Made by a program: the position numbers and the translations under genes. A stretch of 64,000 nt of DNA from assembly GCA_963801165.1 (NCBI GenBank), contig CAWDDT010000006.1, forward strand, positions 416,001 through 480,000. Direction: 5' to 3'. This DNA is from an uncultured bacterium (lineage in GTDB: Bacteria; Actinomycetota; Acidimicrobiia; Spongiisociales; UBA5794). The notes beneath the pieces were generated by a model. It had not been told where the DNA came from and searched no databases. It saw only the letters and a program-made list of their open reading frames with translations. This document shows positions 58,126-64,000 of this stretch, piece after piece. Each line of letters starts with the position of its first letter. Position 1 is the stretch's first letter.

Positions 58126-58904
58126 TGACGACCCTCGATGACGAGCTCGCTCTTGCGCTCGATCTCGCCGACGCCGCCGATCGTCACACCCTGCCCCGCT
58201 TCGAGCAGGCCGACTTCACGCTCGGCTGGAAGGACGACCGCACCGAGGTAACGGAAGCCGACAGGGGCACCGAGGCTCTCCTCGCCGATCTCGTTGCCGC
58301 CGCCCGCCCCGGCCACGCGTTCTACGGTGAGGAGCACGGGCTCGCCGGCGTCGCCGACTCGGTGTGGCGGTGGGTGATCGACCCTATCGACGGAACCTCC
58401 GGGTTCGTGCGCGGCATACCGGTGTGGGCGACGCTCATCGCCCTCACCCACTCCCGCCACGGTGTCATGGTCGCGGTGGTGTCGGCACCGGCGCTCGGTC
58501 TTCGCTGGTGGGCAATCCGTGGGGGCGGCGCGTACGCCCACGGCGCCAGGTGCCATGTGTCCAAAGTGGCCGAGCTGGCCGCGGCACAGGTGAGCGTCAC
58601 CTTCAACGCCGGATGGGACGAGCTCGGTCTCACCGCCGTTCTCGTCGACATCCAGAGCCGGGCTCGGCGCGCCCGCGGTTTCGGGGACTTCTGGCAGCAC
58701 TGTCTCGTCGCCGAGGGGGCAATCGACCTCGCCATCGACGCCGTCGGGGTGGCGCCGTACGACCTGGCTGCGGTGCGTCTACTCGTCGAGGAAGCAGGTG
58801 GCAGGTTCACCGACCGACACGGCGTCGCCACGCACGAGCATCCCACCGCCATCAGCAGCAATGGTCTCCTCCACGACCTGGTGATCGCCCGGCTCGGCGG
58901 GTGA
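58125..58904 (+). CDS. hisN: Inositol monophosphatase family, probable histidinol-phosphatase HisN
   Basis: VTEADR, GEE, WVIDPIDGT..FVRGIPVWATLIAL, RGFGDFW, YDLAA. Confidence 0.82.
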   Translation: MTTLDDELALALDLADAADRHTLPRFEQADFTLGWKDDRTEVTEADRGTEALLADLVAAARPGHAFYGEEHGLAGVADSVWRWVIDPIDGTSGFVRGIPVWATLIALTHSRHGVMVAVVSAPALGLRWWAIRGGGAYAHGARCHVSKVAELAAAQVSVTFNAGWDELGLTAVLVDIQSRARRARGFGDFWQHCLVAEGAIDLAIDAVGVAPYDLAAVRLLVEEAGGRFTDRHGVATHEHPTAISSNGLLHDLVIARLGG

Positions 58905-58931
58905 GCGCCTGTCGCTAACTTGGGCACCCAC

Positions 58932-59555
58932 ATGACCATCGACATCTCCGCCGCCATCGCGCTCGCTGGCTACCGGGCAGCCGTTGCCGGCCTCTACGAG
59001 AGGGCGCGAGCCGGGGACGACCCGCCGACCGCCTGGCAAACGTGGCGACATGATCGCGACCATCTGCTCCGCACCCACCCGCAGAGTCCCGTTGCCGACC
59101 GGCCCGATTGGCCGGGCTCGCCCTTCTTCGCGTACGACGCCTCGTGGCGCCTGCTCGGAGCCATCGTCGCCGCGGGCCCGACAGCTTCGATATCGGTGGC
59201 CCAGCGCGACGGCACAACAGAGCACTTCGACCCGATCGGCTCGGTCCAGTTCAGCCGGGAGAACGCGACCTATTCTCTCCCGCTTTACTGGACACGCGGT
59301 TACAGCGGGGGTCTCTTCCTCCCTTTCGGCGACGCCACCAACGGCATCACGACCGCAGGGTCGGGCCGCTACCTGGTCGACCAGGCCAAGTCGGCGTTCC
59401 TCGGTCTCTCAGACGAATGCCTCGTCCTCGACTTCAACTTCGCCTACCACCCATCATGTGTCTGGGGCGATTGGCTGTGCCCGCTGCCCCGCCCCGAGTC
59501 ACGCCTCCCCATCGCAGTAGCGGCCGGCGAGCGCCTGACGTTCGGTCAGGTTTGA
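58932..59555 (+). CDS. DUF1684-family protein
   Basis: LFLPFGDATNG..T..SGRYL, LDFNFAYHPSC...CPLP. Confidence 0.85.
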   Translation: MTIDISAAIALAGYRAAVAGLYERARAGDDPPTAWQTWRHDRDHLLRTHPQSPVADRPDWPGSPFFAYDASWRLLGAIVAAGPTASISVAQRDGTTEHFDPIGSVQFSRENATYSLPLYWTRGYSGGLFLPFGDATNGITTAGSGRYLVDQAKSAFLGLSDECLVLDFNFAYHPSCVWGDWLCPLPRPESRLPIAVAAGERLTFGQV

Positions 59556-59599
59556 GCTCTCTCAGGTTCGAGTTTCGGCAAGCCGAAACTCCCTTCCTC

Positions 59600-59818
59600 C
59601 TACTGGGCCAACGGGATCCGAAGTACGAGGTTTCCTTCCTCGAGGGACCAGGAGGCGTTGCCAACCAGCGAATAGTCGAGGTAGTCCTTCTCCGCCTGCA
59701 GGATGAACCGACGTCTGGCCTCACCTTCGAGCGGCGGTACTCCGCGTTCCTTCACGGCCGCGGCACGGTCGCGGAATCGTTGTAGGAACTCTTCGACGTC
59801 GAGTTGAGCCACGTTCAT
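59600..59818 (-). CDS. Conserved-looking hypothetical protein, 72 aa
   Basis: AGGAGG RBS; RFRDRAAAVKERGVPPLEG..R. Confidence 0.7.
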   Translation of the reverse strand: MNVAQLDVEEFLQRFRDRAAAVKERGVPPLEGEARRRFILQAEKDYLDYSLVGNASWSLEEGNLVLRIPLAQ

Positions 59819-59885
59819 CCTCCTGGCGATCTTGGCGACAGGCTAGTGCCCCGTCCCCCGGAGCGGGGAGCTACGCTCACGACCG

Positions 59886-60746
59886 ATGATCGACTGCAAG
59901 ATGACGTTCGTCTCCGGCAAAGGGGGCGTCGGCAAGTCGGCAATAACTGCGTCGCTTGCCTTGCAAGCGGCGCGCCAGGGGCACCGGGTTCTGGTCATCG
60001 GCATGGTCGAGAGCATCGGGGTGGCGGCTCATCTCGCCACCGAGCCACTCGCCTACCAGCCGCGCCGGGTGCGGTCCGGGATCTACGCCCTCGCCGTTAA
60101 TCGCAGCGAGGCCCTCGACGAATATCTGCGTCTTCAATTGCGGGTCCCCAAGGCGGCCCCAACGCGGATCCTGACCAGGGCGCTCAGCGTCCTGGCGGAG
60201 ACCGCGCCCGGTGTCCGCGAGATCGTGACTGTGGGAAAGCCGATATACGAGATGTGGAGGGACCGCTACGACCTCATCCTGGTCGATGCGCCTCCTCTCG
60301 GCCAGCTGTTCTCCTATCTTCGGGCTCCGACGACGATTTCCGATCTCGTCCCTGCCGGGATGGTGCGTGCGCAGGCGGAGCGGATGCGGACCGCACTCCG
60401 GGACGCGGACTCTGTGGCCCTCGTGCTGGTAACGACCCCGGAGGAGCTACCGGTGCTGGAGACACAGGAGGCGCTCCGCCGACTCGAGGCCGAGCCTGTG
60501 GTTCGGCTCGCCGCTGTGGTCGCCAACCGCGTTCTGCCCGACCTCGGGCTCTCCGCTGAGGAGATCGAAATGCTCCCCGACGGACCGCACCGGGCGGCGG
60601 CCCGTCACCACTACGCCGCCCAGAGCCAGCAGGAGCATTGGCTGGGCGCGCTCCCCACCGGCCCCCGGTTCCCCTATCTCTTCGGAATCCACACAGCAGG
60701 TGAGGTCGGGGAGACACTTGCCGACCTGTGGGACGGTCAGCAATGA
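59886..60746 (+). CDS. ArsA/Get3-family ATPase, first of pair
   Basis: SGKGGVGKS, APGVRE, LVDAPP, PEELPVLET, VVANR. Confidence 0.85.
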   Translation: MIDCKMTFVSGKGGVGKSAITASLALQAARQGHRVLVIGMVESIGVAAHLATEPLAYQPRRVRSGIYALAVNRSEALDEYLRLQLRVPKAAPTRILTRALSVLAETAPGVREIVTVGKPIYEMWRDRYDLILVDAPPLGQLFSYLRAPTTISDLVPAGMVRAQAERMRTALRDADSVALVLVTTPEELPVLETQEALRRLEAEPVVRLAAVVANRVLPDLGLSAEEIEMLPDGPHRAAARHHYAAQSQQEHWLGALPTGPRFPYLFGIHTAGEVGETLADLWDGQQ

Positions 60747-61789
60747 GCACGCGGGTCATCGTCGTCACCGGGGCGGGTGGGGTCGGCAAGACGACGCTGT
60801 CGGCGTCCCTCGCCGTGACGGCAGCTCGTGCCGGCTTACGGACCTGTGTCATCACCGTCGACCCGGCGCAGCGACTCGCCGACGCCCTCGGAATCGAGGC
60901 GCTGAGCAACCACCCCGAGACTGTCGCCGGCCAGCCACGTCTATCCGCCGCCATGCTGGACGTGACCGCGGCCTGGGAGGCAATCGTGCACAGGCACGCC
61001 GAGCCGGATGTGGCCGAGCGGCTCCTCGCCGATCCCTTCTTCCGGGCACTCGCCGACCGATTCCCCGCCGCCCAGGCTTACGCTGCAGGTGAGCAGATGG
61101 CCGACCACATCGAGTCGGGTCACTGGGACCGCCTCGTGGTCGACACGCCCCCTGCGGGAGGCGGGCTCGACTTCTACACCGCACCCCGCCGGATCCAGGA
61201 GCTCGTCGGCGGCCGGCTCCTGCGCTGGCTCACAGGTGCCAGCATCCCCGGGCGGCGGGCTCTGTACCGCGTGACGGCCCGCCCTGCCCTGCGATTGGCC
61301 GACACGATTCTCGGTGGGCCCCTGCTCGAGGAGCTCGCCGAGTTCCTGATGGATCTGCGTTCGCTCTACGACGGCCTGTCGCACCGAGCCCACACGATCG
61401 ACAATCACTTGCGACGAGCAACATCGATCGTGGTAACGACTGCGCAACCAACGCCGCTGCGGGAAGCCCGCCGCTTCTTCGAGGAGCTCGAGGACACAGC
61501 GGCGCGCCCCGGCACCGTTGTGTTCAACAAGCAGCTCCCCGACGAGTGGACCGAGTCGAAGAACCTGCGCAGCCCGGGAATCGCCCCCGAGGTGCGGGCC
61601 GCGGCGAGAGAGAACCTAAGCCGATGGGCAAGCGAGGTCAGGCTGCAGCGCGACATGAAACGGGAGTTCGCGGCACGCTACGGGCTTCATCTCGCCGACG
61701 TGCCCTGGGCAAAGGATGCGCCGACCTCAGTGGCGGCCCTCGCCGACCTGCTCATGTCCTGTCCGGAGCTGGCCGGCTACGTCACATGA
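60743..61789 (+). CDS. ArsA/Get3-family ATPase, second of pair
   Basis: TGAGGVGKTT, ITVDPAQRLADALG, VVDTPP; ATGA-coupled to the first. Confidence 0.87.
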   Translation: MSTRVIVVTGAGGVGKTTLSASLAVTAARAGLRTCVITVDPAQRLADALGIEALSNHPETVAGQPRLSAAMLDVTAAWEAIVHRHAEPDVAERLLADPFFRALADRFPAAQAYAAGEQMADHIESGHWDRLVVDTPPAGGGLDFYTAPRRIQELVGGRLLRWLTGASIPGRRALYRVTARPALRLADTILGGPLLEELAEFLMDLRSLYDGLSHRAHTIDNHLRRATSIVVTTAQPTPLREARRFFEELEDTAARPGTVVFNKQLPDEWTESKNLRSPGIAPEVRAAARENLSRWASEVRLQRDMKREFAARYGLHLADVPWAKDAPTSVAALADLLMSCPELAGYVT

Positions 61790-64000
61790 CCGCGGATGGT
61801 CCCAACAACTCACGGAGCTCGGCAAAGAGCGCCGAGCGCGGTTCGACCCGATGCTCCTCACCGAGACGGATGACCTTCTCACCGCCGTCCGACGTCATGT
61901 GGAGGTAGACCGCCGCGCCCCCGGGATGGTTCTGGAGAGCGCCCCGCAACCGATCGACCATATTGCGTGACAGTCGGGACGCGGGAACCCGCAGCCGCAC
62001 CATCGCTTCCTCGCTCAACTCCGGCTCGCGCAGCTCCTGGGCGATGAACTTGACATCATCGCCCCTGTGGTCGACCCGCCCGGTGACTACCAGGATGGCG
62101 TCCTCCCGCACCAGAGGGCCGAATTCGGAGACAACCCGCGGGAAAGCAACCACCTCGGTGCTCCCCTGGAGATCCTCCAGGGAGAAGAAGAGCATCGCAT
62201 CGCCGCCTTTGGTGTAACGGCGGGTGATCGAGCCAACGATGCCGCCGACGGTGACCTTATCCTTGTCGGCGCGATCCCACAGACCCGGCACGGTGCATGT
62301 GCACATCGCCGCCAGCGTCTTCTCGACACCAAACAGCGGATGGTCCGAGACGTACAGACCGAGCATCTCCTTCTCGAAGCCCAGCTGGGTCTTCTTTGGC
62401 CACTCGTGCTCCGGAACGGTGATCTCCACATGCTCGATGACGTCGTCTCCACCGCCGAAGAGACTGTACTGGCCCATCTCCTCGGCCCGACGTCGCGAGA
62501 TCGTCGCATCGAGTATGTCGGGGTACATCTCGAAGAGACCCCGCCTGCTGCTTCCGAGGGAGTCGAACCCGCCCGCCTTGATGAGTGACTCGATCGTCCG
62601 CTTGTTGAGCACGGTCAGATCGACACGGTTCACGAAATCCCCGAACGACTCGAAGGCGCCCCCGCGCTCTCTCTCCTCGATGATCAGCTCGACGACCGAC
62701 TCACCTACATTGCGCACCGCGGACATACCGAAGGTGATGTCCCCATCCACCGCCGAGAAGTCGACGTCGGAGCGGTTTATGTCAGGAACCAGGACCTTGA
62801 TCCCCATCTGGCGGCACTCGTGGAGATACAGGGCCGTGCGGTCTTTGTCCCGTTTCACCGCGGTCAGCAGCGCCGCCATGTACTCGGCGGGATGGCGCAC
62901 CTTGAGCCAGGCCGTCTGATAGGCGACGAGAGCGTACGCCGCCGAATGCGACTTGTTGAAGCCATAGCCGGCGAAATGCTCGATGAACCCGAACAGCGAG
63001 CGAGCCTGTTCCTCGGAGGTTCCGTTGGCGACCGAGCCCTCGATGAACTTCTGCTCCTCGGCAGCCATCACCGAAGCGATCTTCTTGCCCATGGCCTTCC
63101 GCAGCCGGTCCGCCTCCGACATGGTGAACCCGGCCACCTTTCGGGCCGTCTGCATCACCTGCTCCTGAAAGACCATGATCCCATAGGTGTCGGCGAGTAT
63201 TTCTTCCAGATCCGGATGCGGGTACGTCACATCGGAGCGACCGTTCTTCCGGTCGGCATACTCGGTGTGCATGCCCGCCCCGAGCGGCCCCGGGCGGTAC
63301 AGCGCATTGAGCGCGGTGAGATGCTCGAACTTGTCCGGCTGCAGGTTGCGCATCAACGCCCGCATCGGCCCACCCTCGAACTGGAACACACCCATGGAGT
63401 CTCCGGCGCGCAGCATCTCGTAGACGGCGGGATCGTCGAGCGGTATATCGTCTATTTCGGGGCGGGTACCCGTGTTCTTCTCAATGAGCTCGAGCGCCCG
63501 CTCGATGGTCGCGAGGTTGCGCAACCCGAGGAAATCCATCTTGAGGAGACCGAGCTGCTCGACACCGTGCATCTCGTACTGGGTGACGATCTCCGCTCCC
63601 TCACCCTTCTGCTGGAGCGGAACGATGTCGGTGAGCGGGGTTGGCGCGATCACGACAGCAGCCGCATGAATCGAGTCTTGCCTGCGGAGACCCTCGAGCC
63701 CCCGAGCCGTGTCGATGACACGTTTGACGTCACCGTCCTGCGCATAGAGCTCACGGAGGCCGTGGGCACCCGTGTACCAGTCTTTCACCGTCGACGATGC
63801 TCCGCTATCCGGCTCCTCGAGACACTGCGCAAGCGTCGCCTCCTTGCCGAGAATGGCAGGTGGCATCAGCTTGGCGGCCTTGTCACCGAGACCGTAGGGG
63901 TACCCGAGCACCCGGGCCGCGTCACGGATCGCCTGGCGTCCCTTGATCGTAGAGAAGGTGATGATCTGGGCGACGTGATCCGACCCGTACCGCTCCGAGC
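61782..64000 (-). CDS. dnaE: DNA polymerase III alpha subunit, C-terminal part (5' end outside window)
   Basis: IHAAAVVI, GLLKMDFLGLRNL, ALYRPGP, FAGYGFNKSHS, EKEMLGLYVSDHP, OB fold. Confidence 0.97.
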   Translation of the reverse strand, partial: SERYGSDHVAQIITFSTIKGRQAIRDAARVLGYPYGLGDKAAKLMPPAILGKEATLAQCLEEPDSGASSTVKDWYTGAHGLRELYAQDGDVKRVIDTARGLEGLRRQDSIHAAAVVIAPTPLTDIVPLQQKGEGAEIVTQYEMHGVEQLGLLKMDFLGLRNLATIERALELIEKNTGTRPEIDDIPLDDPAVYEMLRAGDSMGVFQFEGGPMRALMRNLQPDKFEHLTALNALYRPGPLGAGMHTEYADRKNGRSDVTYPHPDLEEILADTYGIMVFQEQVMQTARKVAGFTMSEADRLRKAMGKKIASVMAAEEQKFIEGSVANGTSEEQARSLFGFIEHFAGYGFNKSHSAAYALVAYQTAWLKVRHPAEYMAALLTAVKRDKDRTALYLHECRQMGIKVLVPDINRSDVDFSAVDGDITFGMSAVRNVGESVVELIIEERERGGAFESFGDFVNRVDLTVLNKRTIESLIKAGGFDSLGSSRRGLFEMYPDILDATISRRRAEEMGQYSLFGGGDDVIEHVEITVPEHEWPKKTQLGFEKEMLGLYVSDHPLFGVEKTLAAMCTCTVPGLWDRADKDKVTVGGIVGSITRRYTKGGDAMLFFSLEDLQGSTEVVAFPRVVSEFGPLVREDAILVVTGRVDHRGDDVKFIAQELREPELSEEAMVRLRVPASRLSRNMVDRLRGALQNHPGGAAVYLHMTSDGGEKVIRLGEEHRVEPRSALFAELRELLGPSAVM

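Noticed and set aside
59886-61789. Arsenic resistance operon
   Set aside because: No arsB/acr3, arsC, arsD or arsR, and no metal-binding Cys pattern of true ArsA
61782-64000. Intein or split dnaE
   Set aside because: The visible part is colinear with standard DnaE motifs and has no intein-sized insertion; the truncation is the window edge

Overview
This is a 64 kb high-GC chromosomal segment. Gene content and order (polA-rpsA...coaE-uvrB, uvrC-rapZ-yvcK-gap-pgk-tpiA-secG, two-domain ThyX, paired ArsA-like ATPases) suggest an actinobacterium, probably Acidimicrobiia-like; this is an inference, not a database result. Most of the window is housekeeping: glycolysis, nucleotide excision repair, PolA, RpsA, DnaE, trp genes, peptide ABC transport and tRNA-Leu(CAA). 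Interleaved with it is a Tad/Flp pilus system split over several sites. Its most unusual part is a four-copy tandem array of near-identical flp pilin transcription units (23808-25257) directly downstream of a HisKA_3/NarL two-component pair. Three units carry sigma28/WhiG-type promoters (TAAA/TCAA-N15-GCCGATAC), and all four have a palindromic operator-like box and their own terminator. The rest of the system is a cpaB-cpaE-cpaF-tadB-tadC operon ending in a GT-C-like membrane gene, two paralogous tadE-tadG pairs also preceded by sigma28-like boxes, and a GT87-like gene between uvrB and uvrA. Other signals read from the DNA are matching PafBC/RecA-NDp-like promoters before uvrA and uvrB, many apparently leaderless genes, several micro tandem duplications, two structured intergenic regions, and no whiA at its usual position. 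No CRISPR array, IS element, integrase or rRNA was recognised. Start codons were adjusted by eye and product calls come from motif recognition only.
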